64,000 bases of DNA from Wickerhamiella versatilis (GCA_030867685.1 JAQOWU010000008.1:3100001-3164000); one strand, 5' to 3'; positions 1 through 11,888 are shown, numbered from the stretch's first letter. Notes: a model not told the origin generated them from the letters alone. Numbers and translations: made by a program.

Positions 1-3000
1 AACTCTTGCACCAATCTAAGCTCATGTTCACTTAGGCGCAAAGCTACTGGAGGTACTGTTGCCTTTACTTTCATGGGTCCTGAGGAATAGTCCGCCGATA
101 GACTGAGGTCTATGGCTTTCAGGAGATAAGAATTTTGTTGGTTAAGAACAGCTTGAACGAACGTATTACGAATGCCAGCCTCCAAACAAGTTTCTGAGGT
201 ATGCGAAATGTAAAGTTCACCGAGTTGAGCTATTAAAGTATCATCACCCCAGGGAAAGACCACGACTGGGGCACGCATAAGCACATCGAAGTTCATCTTA
301 CCTGGCTCCACCTGAATTGCCTGGTTGAATGCCAACATTCGCGCTTGATCATATACAGTTTTCATTTGATTGAATCGCGAAAAAAACCGGGCAATACGAG
401 CACAGGGGAGCTCTTCCAGATTGAGACGTACCGCGCCACTTCTAAATTTCACATAAGATCGCTCTGGACTTGGTGCATCGTAAGTGAAATCAGCCAAGTC
501 ACCACCCCCATCAATACTTAGAATTTTGTGGTCTTCCACGTCCTCTAAAGAAAGTGCACCCAATGTAGCATCGAAACGCATTCCCTGAGGTGCCATTAAT
601 TCTGTCAACAACCGTGCATGCGTCAATTGAAAGTTACCCAGTACATCACCATCGTCATTCAAAACCACATTTATACCCTCCAAGTTTACGCAGACTTTTC
701 GAGAACTAGCAGAGTTCTCCGAGGACGCAATACTTTCTTGTTCGGTTGGGTTCTCCTCAGTTGCCTCAGGAGGGGGGCCAGGTGGAGCAAATGTACTCAT
801 AACAAAATCATAAATTGCCAATATCGAATTGGGTGTGAGAACAAATCGAATAGCTGCCAAATCAACGTCTACGGACTGTGTTTCATCAGCTTGCTTTGCC
901 CAATTAACAATAAATAAATCCCGTCCTTGGTCCTCAGAGAGATGGCCTGCACTTTCTGCTATTTTACGAAGGTCCTCATCAGCATCGCTATTAACGTAGT
1001 CATTTATCAAGAGGTCACGAACACGAAGCTCGGTTCCCTGTTTTTGTGACTCAAGGAAGTAAGTCAAGCTGAATTGATGTAGGCACATACCTAGCAGTGG
1101 ATTCCCAGCCCATCCGCGTCGTAATGCAAGCTCTGCACGCGATACTTGAAAGCGCAACTCGAATATACGCTGATTCTGATCACTGTGCGTGCCTCCATCA
1201 GAGCGAACGTGAGGCTTCTCCTCATTCGAAACTGAACTTTCAGGGGAAGATGTAGTTGTATTGGGAATGGCAGCAGAGAGAGTCTGAAGCAGTAATGTGT
1301 ACTGAACATTGCTCAATGCCATATGCAAATCGGGCATATTTATTGACAATCGGCATCGTGTGAGCTGCAGAGCACGAGGAACTATGGAGAGTTCGAGAAG
1401 AAACTGAAGGGTGGTCTTTTCTAGTAAGCGTAGAGGCGAGTATTTTTCACTTGACAGAGTCGACAGAGCAACACCAACATCATCAGCCAATGTGACCTGG
1501 GTATTATCCAAATTGATAGTGAATCTATCGTACATCAATTCTTCCAACTTCTCCCAATCAGTCCGTTCCCGAACCTCTTGAATAACATCCGGTGGCACGA
1601 GATCAGATGACATGCCAAGAGAACCTACATCCAAGACCAAACCCGGGCTGTGAGCGGAGCCCGGAGAAAGAGGAATAATTATTACAGGTGATTTGACATC
1701 TATTTTCAGATTGAGTGTCTTATGCTCACTCAAAGCATACTCGAGGCCCATACGTGTTTGCTCTCTTAGTTCTTCGACAGTCTTATTTGCTGCTGATAAA
1801 ATAGCATCGACAGTTTCCCCCTGATCAGGTGGAGCTTTAAATAAATCAAGGATTTCTTCGAGAAAGCGTGCATTTTGTACAATTTTAACACTCTTTGACT
1901 TTAAAAATAGGTTACTGTCAGCGAGCCGATCCATCGGATGGTGCTCAAACATAAACCAGAAGAAGGGTTCCTCAGATGAAACGGCTTCATTGACTGAAAT
2001 AATATCGCGGTATTCAGGCTGGAAACGTGATGTTTGGTCAGCGACACTGAATTCAGTAACACTCATATTTAACATGAATGCATTGGGGCGTTGCACAAAT
2101 CGTAAATGTACACCATTAAGTGCTACGGTGGCCAAGGGCTCAAGGCGAACTGATGCACCACGTAATGTAAATTCTGTCTCCAAGAGAACCTGATTGGCAC
2201 TAGATGTCTCTGCGGGATCAGTAGCGTTTACATCAAGAGCGCTGTATAGCTCTGCTCTCTGCTCTTCGGTAAGCTCCAAAGGCCCATCGGCTTTTAACTC
2301 GGAGCCACGACCACTGGAGCTGCCCCAAAGCCATTCACCCCAGCCTTGCTGTCTTGACTTATCAGGCACGGCTGACGGCGTACCACGTAACAACGTTTTG
2401 GCAAGCGTTCGGAAAAATACTAGGTCTTCGAAGCTATAGCGATCTTGGATTGTATCAAATTCACGACGATCGGCACCAGTGAGTTCTCCAGATGCCAGCT
2501 TCTTGTATAGCTCAACGTATAGCTTCATATCGCGAAGACGAGTGCCTATGTAGTCCCAAGTCCATTTACGCCTGCGCTCACGTACTTGAGACAAGACAGC
2601 TTCAAATGCATAGCGTGACCAAGCACGGGGGTCTTGTAAAGGTGTTTTGTGTGGTCTCAACCGACGAAATTGACGTGTTCGAACATAGGTTTGAAACTGG
2701 TCCGTAATCTGGATTATATTCACGTATTGCGGTCGGTTCATACTCAAGGCCAACTCCTCAAATTTTAGTTCAGCTTTAATCTTTGGTGTGGAGTCTAGAT
2801 TCGGGCGTTTGGTGAGGGTCACAAAACCTTGTCCATTAATTGGACGTAACATATCATGCTCACCAATTGAGTCGCCAATCGCAGCACGGAATGCATCCAG
2901 ATCGTCACCTAACGTTTCAGCTTCTGGATCCCAATAAAATGCTAGTGAATCTAAGGTCACCAGTTTGTGACTAGTATTGCCAACATTGGCAATAAATGCC

Positions 3001-3554
3001 GGCTCCCAATCCTTCGTCGTACTTAGAGCAGAAAGCTCACCCAGAGTCAGCCCGACGCCAATAGGCTGGACACCATCCTCGTAACGCAGGTGAATATTCT
3101 TGATTGTTACCTGCAAGTTCTCAATAATACGCGTAACCAGTGAGGTTGTGAAGTTTGATTTATCCTCAGCAGGTTCCTTCTGTGAATCTCCCAGTTCCCA
3201 AAGCTCAAGCTTGTCCAACTTAGCGGCTTGGTCTCGTCTCTTTTGACTACTATCATCTTTTCCATCTCCCGCATCAACGTCAGACTTCGCAAGAAGAAAT
3301 ACATCTTCAATTAGGATCTTAACTGGCTTTGACTTGAGATTCGAGTAAGGAATCTGAAGCACAAGGCTACCAATGTGGCCTGAAACAACGTCAATTGGTA
3401 ACTGTAACTGGTCCAGAGCTCCCCGCTTAAGACGGAGATTGCCGAGTTTTACATCACCACTGAGGAGCCCAATATTGAGATGTTTGGGGTCAAAATTCTC
3501 AATATAAGAGCCCAGTACGCGATTCAGGATCGACGCAACCAACGACTCCAGCAT
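1..3554 (-). CDS. VPS13: Vacuolar protein sorting 13 (chorein family lipid-transfer protein), 5' portion; runs off the left edge
   Basis: Hand translation from ATG at 3554 gives MLESLVASILNRVLGSYIENFDPKHLNIGLLSGDVKLGNLRLKRGALDQLQLPIDVVSGHIGSLVLQIPYSNLKSKPVKILIEDVFLL, the Chorein_N signature. It is absent from the ORF track, presumably because the stop lies outside the window. Confidence 0.95.
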   Translation of the reverse strand, partial: MLESLVASILNRVLGSYIENFDPKHLNIGLLSGDVKLGNLRLKRGALDQLQLPIDVVSGHIGSLVLQIPYSNLKSKPVKILIEDVFLLAKSDVDAGDGKDDSSQKRRDQAAKLDKLELWELGDSQKEPAEDKSNFTTSLVTRIIENLQVTIKNIHLRYEDGVQPIGVGLTLGELSALSTTKDWEPAFIANVGNTSHKLVTLDSLAFYWDPEAETLGDDLDAFRAAIGDSIGEHDMLRPINGQGFVTLTKRPNLDSTPKIKAELKFEELALSMNRPQYVNIIQITDQFQTYVRTRQFRRLRPHKTPLQDPRAWSRYAFEAVLSQVRERRRKWTWDYIGTRLRDMKLYVELYKKLASGELTGADRREFDTIQDRYSFEDLVFFRTLAKTLLRGTPSAVPDKSRQQGWGEWLWGSSSGRGSELKADGPLELTEEQRAELYSALDVNATDPAETSSANQVLLETEFTLRGASVRLEPLATVALNGVHLRFVQRPNAFMLNMSVTEFSVADQTSRFQPEYRDIISVNEAVSSEEPFFWFMFEHHPMDRLADSNLFLKSKSVKIVQNARFLEEILDLFKAPPDQGETVDAILSAANKTVEELREQTRMGLEYALSEHKTLNLKIDVKSPVIIIPLSPGSAHSPGLVLDVGSLGMSSDLVPPDVIQEVRERTDWEKLEELMYDRFTINLDNTQVTLADDVGVALSTLSSEKYSPLRLLEKTTLQFLLELSIVPRALQLTRCRLSINMPDLHMALSNVQYTLLLQTLSAAIPNTTTSSPESSVSNEEKPHVRSDGGTHSDQNQRIFELRFQVSRAELALRRGWAGNPLLGMCLHQFSLTYFLESQKQGTELRVRDLLINDYVNSDADEDLRKIAESAGHLSEDQGRDLFIVNWAKQADETQSVDVDLAAIRFVLTPNSILAIYDFVMSTFAPPGPPPEATEENPTEQESIASSENSASSRKVCVNLEGINVVLNDDGDVLGNFQLTHARLLTELMAPQGMRFDATLGALSLEDVEDHKILSIDGGGDLADFTYDAPSPERSYVKFRSGAVRLNLEELPCARIARFFSRFNQMKTVYDQARMLAFNQAIQVEPGKMNFDVLMRAPVVVFPWGDDTLIAQLGELYISHTSETCLEAGIRNTFVQAVLNQQNSYLLKAIDLSLSADYSSGPMKVKATVPPVALRLSEHELRLVQE

Positions 3555-3876
3555 TGACACCCTTAGTCACGTAAGCTTGGGGCTAAGCTGTTTACGTCTT
3601 TGCTTTTTGCCTTGTACCGAATAAGGTAGTCGTTGGGTAACAAGGATCCTCTGCAGAAACATAACAGAGAACGAAATCCTAGATGATCTTATTACAGCAG
3701 TAGCAAAAGCGACATATGGATATTAACTATCGATTTAAGGGGAATAAAGGATTACAATTGAAACACGGGCTAACAGTATAGAAGTATCTTCTTCCGCATT
3801 AGATATAAGCCCAAATTATATATTCCTACCTAATGAGGTCACAAGGTTCTTGAATTAGCACTTTTGGCAGCCGCTC

Positions 3877-3885
3877 ATGACTCAT
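3877..3885. promoter_or_regulatory. Perfect Gcn4/AP-1-type site ATGACTCAT upstream of cysteinyl-tRNA synthetase
   Basis: Exact consensus ending 20 bp before the CysRS ATG; aminoacyl-tRNA synthetase genes are typical general-control targets. Confidence 0.6.
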
Positions 3886-3905
3886 ATACGTGCAATGACT
3901 AAACG

Positions 3906-6167
3906 ATGAAAAAGAGATTCAACCTCTCGCTGGTTCATAAACAGATGGAACGAGTGCAGCAACCGAAATGGCATATTCCAGAGGGATCGAACAAACATGA
4001 TTCGCTCAGAATATTAAATTCGCTAACACGAACCAAGACTGAGTTTGTACCATTGCGCGCTGGTCATGTCAGCTGGTACTCTTGTGGACCCACCACATAT
4101 GATACAGCACATATGGGCCATGCTCGAAACTATGTGAGTACAGATATTAATCGTCGATTGATTCAGGATTATTTTGGATACAATGTTAACTTTGTGCAAA
4201 ACGTCACCGATATCGATGATAAAATTATTATACGTGCGAGACAGTCATATCTCTTTGAGAAATTTTCTGAAAGCATCAGGCAGACAGGAGTGACACAGGA
4301 GGCTGTTGCTAAAGCTGAGGATGCTTTGCATGACTATGCGAAAGTATTCGCTAAGGTGGATGCCAGTCCGCCGCTCACGTCTTTGCAAGCGTTCTCTGAC
4401 TGGAAAGCCACTCTCGATGTTGCTTCTCTTACAGAAAAAGAGCCTAAGATAGGCGTTTGGATTCCTGCTGTTGAGAATGCCTTGCGTGGATTGGATTCTA
4501 GCAACACTGATACCTTTTTAGCTGGGGTGGAGCAGGTATTGCTACCATTACTTGATAAGGAGCAGGGTGCATCGGTTACTGATCCCGCAGTATTCCGCGA
4601 CCTCAGTGCTTATTATGAGGCTGATTTCGATTCTGACATGAGAGCCCTAAATGTACTACCACCCACAGTGACCACCCGGGTTTCTGAATATATACCAGAG
4701 ATCATTTCTTTTGTGAAGAAAATAGTCGATCAAGGTTATGCCTATGCAGGTTCAGATGGTAGTGTTTATTTCGATGTCCAGGCTTTTGAGAATTCCAGCA
4801 AGCATGACTATGCAAAGCTTCAACCTTGGAACAAGGGCTCACAAAGTCTTATTGAAGAGGGCGAGGGATCTTTGGGCGCAAAGCTTCAGACAAAGCGCAA
4901 TAGTGCAGATTTCGCCCTATGGAAGTCATCTAAGACAGGTGAGCCTTCATGGGAGTCACCGTGGGGATTGGGCAGACCAGGCTGGCATATCGAATGTTCG
5001 GTTATGGCCTCCTACGTTCTGGGCGAGAAAATTGATATCCACACTGGAGGTGTTGATCTTGCCTTCCCTCACCATGATAATGAGATTGCCCAAAGCGAAG
5101 CGTGCTTTGATAGCGATCAATGGGTCAACTATTTCATGCATACAGGGCATATGCACATTGAAGGCTTGAAAATGTCAAAATCACTGAAGAATTTTATCAC
5201 GATCAAGGAGGCTTTGAATCTATTCTCGGCACGACAACTTCGTCTTGCATTTGCTTTTGTGCCCTGGAACATGCAGCTAGACTTTAAGATGAGTCTTCCT
5301 CATGTCAAGTCATACGAGGCTTCCTTATCGAAATTCTTTAATAATGTACGGGCGTTATCTTTGGAGTCTACCCCTAAAACTTCGAAACGTCTCGGCGACG
5401 CTGAACTTTCCCTGTTGAACCAGCTTTACGCAACAGAGGACGAGGTTGATTCTGCATTCCGTGATAACCTGTCAACTCCGAAGGCTCTTCAGTCGATTGG
5501 GTCGCTCATTCAGTCCGCGAATGAATACGTATCCAGCAGGGCGGGCAATACGAAGGTGGAGCCGCTAGTGGCTGTTGCAAGATATATCACAGGCATCCTT
5601 CGGATCTTGGGCTTTAGGATGAGCAATGATTACGGTTGGGAGAGAGAAACATCTAATGAGACCAATGCAGAGGAGGCCGCATTGCCGTTCGTACAAGTTT
5701 TAGCGAAATTCCGCGACCAAATCCGAGCTGCTGCTATTGACAAAAAACTGGACTCCGATAAGGTACTCGGGCTATGTGACGCCCTGCGTGATGTTGATTT
5801 GCTGCAATTAAATGTCAGTCTTGACGATCGTAGGCCGCCTGAACCTTCTCTTGTCAAGTTCATTACTGAAGACGAAAAGGTGGAGATTCTCAAACAACGA
5901 GAGACACTTGCGGCTATAACTGCTGAAAAATGGGCTAAAAAACAGCAAGCGCAGGCGCAGGCTGCTAAACAGGAGGCAGAAAAGATAGAGCGTGCTAAGG
6001 TTCCAGCCACCGAAATGTTCCGTGGAGCCAGCGAGTACTCTAAATTTGATGATCAAGGAATACCTACTCATGACGCTTCTGGTGAGCCTCTCTCCAAATC
6101 TGCTGTGAAGAAGCTGCAAAAGGCGTGGGCTGTACAGGATAAGCTTCACAAACTACATTTCTCGTGA
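3906..6167 (+). CDS. CRS1: Cysteinyl-tRNA synthetase
   Basis: [13 protein letters not shown] (HIGH motif), [41 protein letters not shown] and KMSKS motifs. Confidence 0.97.
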   Translation: MKKRFNLSLVHKQMERVQQPKWHIPEGSNKHDSLRILNSLTRTKTEFVPLRAGHVSWYSCGPTTYDTAHMGHARNYVSTDINRRLIQDYFGYNVNFVQNVTDIDDKIIIRARQSYLFEKFSESIRQTGVTQEAVAKAEDALHDYAKVFAKVDASPPLTSLQAFSDWKATLDVASLTEKEPKIGVWIPAVENALRGLDSSNTDTFLAGVEQVLLPLLDKEQGASVTDPAVFRDLSAYYEADFDSDMRALNVLPPTVTTRVSEYIPEIISFVKKIVDQGYAYAGSDGSVYFDVQAFENSSKHDYAKLQPWNKGSQSLIEEGEGSLGAKLQTKRNSADFALWKSSKTGEPSWESPWGLGRPGWHIECSVMASYVLGEKIDIHTGGVDLAFPHHDNEIAQSEACFDSDQWVNYFMHTGHMHIEGLKMSKSLKNFITIKEALNLFSARQLRLAFAFVPWNMQLDFKMSLPHVKSYEASLSKFFNNVRALSLESTPKTSKRLGDAELSLLNQLYATEDEVDSAFRDNLSTPKALQSIGSLIQSANEYVSSRAGNTKVEPLVAVARYITGILRILGFRMSNDYGWERETSNETNAEEAALPFVQVLAKFRDQIRAAAIDKKLDSDKVLGLCDALRDVDLLQLNVSLDDRRPPEPSLVKFITEDEKVEILKQRETLAAITAEKWAKKQQAQAQAAKQEAEKIERAKVPATEMFRGASEYSKFDDQGIPTHDASGEPLSKSAVKKLQKAWAVQDKLHKLHFS

Positions 6168-6689
6168 TTGACGCGTAAACCTATGTCTAGTTCATACTCG
6201 TATGATAGCTAATAAAAAGATTATACTAAAATGAATGTGATCTCTCCTTTGATTATTAGATTCTTGTGGATGGTGAGTTAAGAGAGGTGGCGGACATTTA
6301 TACGACATATGTTGCTATCAGGTATTGTCCTAAGAGTATTGCTATAAATAGATCGGACCAAACGGATCTGAGAATATTGCTTGTATCATAATAAGCGTTC
6401 CTTGGTTTCTTCTGTCCAACCTCACTATGTATTAGCAATATACCCGGGCAAGGGTTGTACCTGAAAAGGGAAAATGAAAACAAACCACCGCCTTTTCAAA
6501 GGTTTGCTTGAAAACTGTTGGCGTGGAAATTTAGCGGTGGATTATGTCTAAATAAGACTAAATTAGGCCAAATAGTGTTTTGCCTACAATTGTAAGCCCC
6601 ACATCACTAATTTGAAACATTGGTGGTACTTTGTTGACCTTATTGTCAGAATTGGGAGAGCTACACATACACACATTTTCCAACCACGC

Positions 6690-9600
6690 ATGCGAAAGCG
6701 GAAGTCGTTTTGTACGCTTTGTGCATGGCTAGCACTGGGTAGTGCGAATATTGTGCGCCCCCAGCAGCTGTCAACCCTCAAATTGAATGAGAGTCTGCTT
6801 GGTGACCTCGCTGTGATAGGCGACTTCGATGCCATATCAACATATTCTTATACCGGACAGGAGACTATCCTCCAGAATCCTAATGATGAAGACGAGGTAA
6901 TATTACAGACAGGGCCACTGGTTTTCACACGTAGCTCTTTCACGGATGGAAAGGTTATAGACTATTGCGACTTCGGAAATTCATCGGTGGCAATCACTGG
7001 AAACTTCACAAATGTTGGCTCTGTGGATAATACTAGCTATGCCGCAGTAATCAACTTAGAGTCAGGATCGACGACAGCATTACCTGGCCTCCCCCATGAG
7101 GGCTCAACAATATGGTGCAATTCCTCCGAGTTGTGGGTAGGTGGAAGATTCGGTACCCGCCGGTGGAATGGAGAGAAGTGGGTTGAGCCTGTTGAATTTG
7201 GTGGTTTCTCCGAGGGTACAGTGATTAATGCTATCACACCGTGGCAGGGAAATATTGTCTTTGGAGGTTCCATTACTGGACTTCGTAAAGCAATAAATGA
7301 CTCAAAATTAGATCCCGGTACGCAGGAAGTTAGTTTTGCAATGTCACAAGCCCGTGGATACACGGAAAAAGGAGCCACTCCAGATGATGCCTCGGCTATA
7401 TTCTGTCAGTCTGGATGGAGTTCCGGATTGGATTCCACCACTGGTTATATCGATGTCTCTCTAGGCTATGAGGTCTTTCCCACCAAAATCAAGCTCTCGA
7501 ATAGCGATGGTGATGATTCTACAAAAACTTGGAGATTAAGTTCCAATGGTGGAATTTTAAATCTTACGTATACCGACGAAGAGGGCAACGTAGGATCTTG
7601 CGATGCTTTCTGCTCACTGCAGAAGGGTGAATCAAAATTCTACAAGCTGGTGAACAATGTACCTCTTACGAACTTCACGCTGGAGCTTCTCGACTTCTAT
7701 GGCTCTCATGCGAGTATACAAGGTGTCGAATTGTACCATGAGGGCATCGTAACATATGCCAATAATACTTTTGATCTGCCTAGGAGCTGCCAAAAAACGA
7801 TGAAAGCTAAGCAGGATAAGCCAGCTGCACTTATAGGAGACTGGCAGTCTCAAGGTGATTTTATGTTTGCGAATTTGACTGAAAAAAATCAACTATCCGG
7901 AGATAACACTCTAGCAAGATTTTTCCCGACAGTATCTACACAGGGAAACTATGAGATTCGGTTATTCACGCCCGGTTGCCAGCAAGATGGGACATGTTCG
8001 CAACGGGGGCCAGTGAACGTTACTGTGGTGCCTGGTCTGGGTTTATCCAATAGCACGACCACCCTGTATCAGACAAACAATCTGCTGAAATATGATCTCG
8101 TCTATAATGGCACTTTAAGAGATGGCGCATATGTTGATCTCAGGCCTGCAGGTGATTTCCCACTACCCCGACAATTTATAGCGTATCGCATAGAGCTGAT
8201 GCTCACCGGAAATATATCAACGGCTTCAGGACCACTTTTCGAATATGCACCTAATAACTGGACCTTGGCGTCGGCAAACCAGTCATACAACCCCATTGGC
8301 GGCCCTATCAATTCGATAAGTCACTCACTTGGCGATGATGCGAACGTAACAGGAATAGTCAATGTGAACAATTCCTTAGTTATTGCAGGGGCAAATTTCA
8401 CCAACTATTCACCGATCTTCTCTATGGATAGTAACGAGGCTGTACATCAAGTGTCAAATATTTCAGCTACCAAGTTGCAGAGCATCGACGACGTAATTGC
8501 TATTTCAACGTCAAATGGCACCTACAGGATGCTGCTTGGTGAGGATCCTGAAAAAGTAGGACCAGGTTCTGGGGGCGTCGTGCCATTGAGTTTGAATGGG
8601 ACAACATTCTGGGCTATCAACGCCGATGATGGTTTGAAGGTCGTCAGCATGACGGATTCAACCCCAAATCTCACCGTAAAAGGTCATTTATCTGCATGCA
8701 TTCCACTCAACGGCTCCACTAACTTCTATTTTGGATCTTTGCAAGTAGCAGATAGTTCTGCCACGGATTTATCGTTAATTCGGAATGGAACTCCTGTTTC
8801 CAGTAATGTTGAGGGTTCTAAACATCTTTCAAAGAGAGATGTGTCACCAGCAATCAATTTTCAATATACTTCAGCGGTATATCTTAATGACTCGACCGCC
8901 GTGGTCATAGGTGACTTTAACGGAACGAGTACTATGGTGTTGAAAAATGGTGATCAAAGACCTATTTCAGAAGCTTCAAACACTCATTTTGAAGTACTGG
9001 CAGCTTCAAAAGATTTAGCAATTCTCGGCGGGTCCGAATTTGCTCTTTTCAATGCGACGGAAGATAAATTTTCATCACCTCAACAGCCGGGTGGAAGAGT
9101 GCAGGCCCTAGCTCCAAAACCGAATTCATCGGAGGTTGCAGTTGGTGGGCAGTTTGGATTGAAATTTTTCAATATCAGTGACCAATCGTGGTTCAGCAAA
9201 ATAAAGACTTCTGTCAGTGGAAACGTGTCGCAAGTGCAGTGGACAGGAGATGGATCAGTTTTGGTAGGAGGAAATTTCAGCATTGATGAGAAATTGGCAT
9301 ACTTAGCTTTAGCAAATTCTACTGGGTCACAAATAATAGCTCGATCTCAGGATTTGCGTGGGCCTGTGAGTAGTGTTATATCAACCGGTGACAGTACTTA
9401 TATCGTCAGCGGCATGGATTCAAAAGACTCCAGCAAGAACTTTGCAAGCTGGTACTCAAATGGCATCTGGTCCGATATTGATTTACCTTTCTCAGGGACC
9501 ATCACTAGCATGGCATTGATGCCCATTGGCTCAGACAACAACCCCTCTTCATCTCCTTTGAATAATGATAGAGTGTTGGCTTTCAATGGAGCTCTTTCTT

Positions 9601-10052
9601 TGAACTCAGCCAATGTCTCTTCTATTGTATGGGATGGTGCATCTGATTGGAAACCTTTCATTCTGACAGCCGATACTTCCCGAACGAGTGGTTTCATCAA
9701 ACAATTTTCATCGCAAAAAGGGTTCAGTTTAGATGGAAGCCCAACAAAAATTAGAGAGGAGAACCCATCTACAACTTCTAGCCAGCCTAGTTCATCGGGC
9801 ACCTCCTCTACCCCCAGCCCCTCTTCACAGCCTGGGGAGCATCGGAAAATGATGTCCGTGGGGCATGTGGTTGGTGTCTCATGTGCCATTGCAATTGGAT
9901 GCCTATGTCTTTTTGTCATTCTTTATCTATTACTTGCCTACATCGTGGAATTGAAGGAGCGCGATCATGAGGGCAACATGCGTGTGGCCTACCAGAGTCT
10001 CTATAAAGCTGCCCCTCCAGACTCTATGGTGGGCGCCGAGCCAAAACAATGA
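6690..10052 (+). CDS. RAX2: Rax2-like polarity/bud-site selection type I membrane glycoprotein
   Basis: Signal peptide after ATG 6690 (the ORF track starts at an upstream TTG). Contains GILNLTYTD..CDAFCSL, FTPGCQQDGTCSQRG and TLYQTNNLLKYD Rax2-type motifs, many N-glycosylation sequons, a Ser/Thr stalk and a C-terminal TM segment (GHVVGVSCAIAIG). Confidence 0.9.
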   Translation: MRKRKSFCTLCAWLALGSANIVRPQQLSTLKLNESLLGDLAVIGDFDAISTYSYTGQETILQNPNDEDEVILQTGPLVFTRSSFTDGKVIDYCDFGNSSVAITGNFTNVGSVDNTSYAAVINLESGSTTALPGLPHEGSTIWCNSSELWVGGRFGTRRWNGEKWVEPVEFGGFSEGTVINAITPWQGNIVFGGSITGLRKAINDSKLDPGTQEVSFAMSQARGYTEKGATPDDASAIFCQSGWSSGLDSTTGYIDVSLGYEVFPTKIKLSNSDGDDSTKTWRLSSNGGILNLTYTDEEGNVGSCDAFCSLQKGESKFYKLVNNVPLTNFTLELLDFYGSHASIQGVELYHEGIVTYANNTFDLPRSCQKTMKAKQDKPAALIGDWQSQGDFMFANLTEKNQLSGDNTLARFFPTVSTQGNYEIRLFTPGCQQDGTCSQRGPVNVTVVPGLGLSNSTTTLYQTNNLLKYDLVYNGTLRDGAYVDLRPAGDFPLPRQFIAYRIELMLTGNISTASGPLFEYAPNNWTLASANQSYNPIGGPINSISHSLGDDANVTGIVNVNNSLVIAGANFTNYSPIFSMDSNEAVHQVSNISATKLQSIDDVIAISTSNGTYRMLLGEDPEKVGPGSGGVVPLSLNGTTFWAINADDGLKVVSMTDSTPNLTVKGHLSACIPLNGSTNFYFGSLQVADSSATDLSLIRNGTPVSSNVEGSKHLSKRDVSPAINFQYTSAVYLNDSTAVVIGDFNGTSTMVLKNGDQRPISEASNTHFEVLAASKDLAILGGSEFALFNATEDKFSSPQQPGGRVQALAPKPNSSEVAVGGQFGLKFFNISDQSWFSKIKTSVSGNVSQVQWTGDGSVLVGGNFSIDEKLAYLALANSTGSQIIARSQDLRGPVSSVISTGDSTYIVSGMDSKDSSKNFASWYSNGIWSDIDLPFSGTITSMALMPIGSDNNPSSSPLNNDRVLAFNGALSLNSANVSSIVWDGASDWKPFILTADTSRTSGFIKQFSSQKGFSLDGSPTKIREENPSTTSSQPSSSGTSSTPSPSSQPGEHRKMMSVGHVVGVSCAIAIGCLCLFVILYLLLAYIVELKERDHEGNMRVAYQSLYKAAPPDSMVGAEPKQ

Positions 10053-10157
10053 CTTCATTAGTTGATTAGCAATTTCTTAGAACCTTTATTAAATTATTTT
10101 ATGTTCCTAATTCTTTTTTGACGCCAGAGAGATATTGATTCGTAAGCAGATATCCTG

Positions 10158-10631
10158 ATGGCCGCGACTTCGAGGTCAATGTTAGCTCGAGAGGGCCGAG
10201 AAAACCAGATTTATTGTGAGGATGGTCGCAGAGTAGTCTGTGGTACTGTAGTACTAAATGAGGACAACTCCAAACTACTCGTGGTGAGTAGTGAAGCACA
10301 TCCTGAGAAATGGGTTCTTCCAAAAGGTGGGGCAGAGAAGGATGAATCTCTAGAGGAGAGTGCTCTCAGAGAAACCTGGGAAGAAGCTGGTGCTATAGGT
10401 AAAATTGGGCAGCATCTGGGAATCTTCAATGACACGAGGTCACAATATCATTTTTGGGAAATGCATATCGGTAAATTGGAAGACGAATGGCCGGAAAAAT
10501 ATAAGCGAAGACGGCAGTGGATGACTCGAGAGGAGGCGCATAGTGCCATGCTGGCAAATGGCCGGGTATCCCTTGCAGAAGTCATTGAGCAAAGTATAGC
10601 TGTGGGCGCAAGAACAGGACAAGTTATTTGA
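10158..10631 (+). CDS. DDP1: Nudix diphosphoinositol-polyphosphate / diadenosine polyphosphate hydrolase
   Basis: Nudix box WVLPKGGAEKDESLEESALRETWEEAG, AREGRENQ N-terminus and WPE..RRRQW. Confidence 0.9.
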   Translation: MAATSRSMLAREGRENQIYCEDGRRVVCGTVVLNEDNSKLLVVSSEAHPEKWVLPKGGAEKDESLEESALRETWEEAGAIGKIGQHLGIFNDTRSQYHFWEMHIGKLEDEWPEKYKRRRQWMTREEAHSAMLANGRVSLAEVIEQSIAVGARTGQVI

Positions 10632-10841
10632 TAACAAGTGGCCCAAAGATAACCAAAATCACCAGTCACGTCAATGAACTAATAAACAAAAGTTAAGAGT
10701 AGGTATGGGGAAGTATATATGATAGATAATCTATAGTGAACGAAGTATTTTTTTCTATCATTGAGCTTATTTTGATGGGGGAGGAGTTTACGTTAAATTG
10801 GATCAAACTAAGTATCAACAGGCTTAAACACAAATGAAAAA

Positions 10842-11642
10842 TTAGCCAAACATGCCACCCATCATATCCATTATATTAGGCTGTCTCTGTGGCTTTATAT
10901 CGAAGAAGTTCTCCTGAATGGACGATATGGCCTGGTTCCAAGTAGCATACTCATTTGGATTGTAATGTGCTGCAAGCTTTTGCCATAACAATGCATTTTT
11001 GGTCTGACAAGTGGGAACCAGCAACCGGAAGAATTCCACCCACTTATCAGGAGTAGAGACAAGTTCCATCATCCGCTCCACGTAGTTTTCTGCACACCAT
11101 ATATTCATGACACTCAAATAACCTAGCACACCACGTGAATAATATAGAGATGCGTGCAAAGGGTCCTGCTCGCCCCACCTGTGATGAATTTCAGCAAGGG
11201 CCCGTGCTGAGTCCCGAGTCCCACGTAGTAGCCATAGCTCTGCCTCATAAACCAACCCTGCCCGAGCTAATTGGATTCCGAGTACATGGGAAAGTTCAGG
11301 ATCATTTTGGGGGGCGTGCCCAACAACCTGTTTCAGAGCCGGATCCTCGGGGTCCATCATCCAAACTATTTGGGCAATGCGGCCCCTGGGGAACTCTTTA
11401 GGCTTCTCTTCATTGATAACCTCAAACATATAGCATAGCAAGTCTGCCACTGACCCATACTGCTGGGCACGAGCTAGCAGCAGCGAACTGGTGTATAGTA
11501 ACCCAAGCGCCTCATCATACTCATGTTTCCGGACGTAGCGGGCAACAACCGTTCTTACTGCCTGATGTGCTTCATAGTACTCATGTGCCTCAATACGCTT
11601 GTGGATGCGTGCCAAAGTGCGATCAATGGCGCTCGCTGGCAT
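10842..11642 (-). CDS. GET4: Golgi-to-ER traffic protein 4 (GET pathway)
   Basis: YYEAHQAVRTVVARY, DPELSHVLG and C-terminal NIMDMMGGMFG typical of Get4. Confidence 0.9.
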   Translation of the reverse strand: MPASAIDRTLARIHKRIEAHEYYEAHQAVRTVVARYVRKHEYDEALGLLYTSSLLLARAQQYGSVADLLCYMFEVINEEKPKEFPRGRIAQIVWMMDPEDPALKQVVGHAPQNDPELSHVLGIQLARAGLVYEAELWLLRGTRDSARALAEIHHRWGEQDPLHASLYYSRGVLGYLSVMNIWCAENYVERMMELVSTPDKWVEFFRLLVPTCQTKNALLWQKLAAHYNPNEYATWNQAISSIQENFFDIKPQRQPNIMDMMGGMFG

Positions 11643-11888
11643 CGATACAAACAGTCGATGTTAGGGTTGGAATATATTTGACATGTATGGCGTGCACTGT
11701 TCGTAAATTTGAGAGTATATTGAGGATTTCTGCTCTAATTTTAAGCTAATACTTTGAAATGAGTGATATCAAGAGGTATAATACTTTTTTTTTAATGGCA
11801 AGCTTGGAAGATATCTGTGGTTCCTTGCCACCCTTGTGTAGCTCTGCCAATTCCGGTGTGCGGGTAGGATTTATCAACTGATATTCGA

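Noticed and set aside
618-3310. Several short ORFs listed in the track
   Set aside because: They are antisense or alternate-frame shadows of the VPS13 CDS.
6171-6176. Single ACGCGT upstream of RAX2 (another lies just upstream of EDE1)
   Set aside because: Isolated 6-mers are expected by chance in 64 kb.
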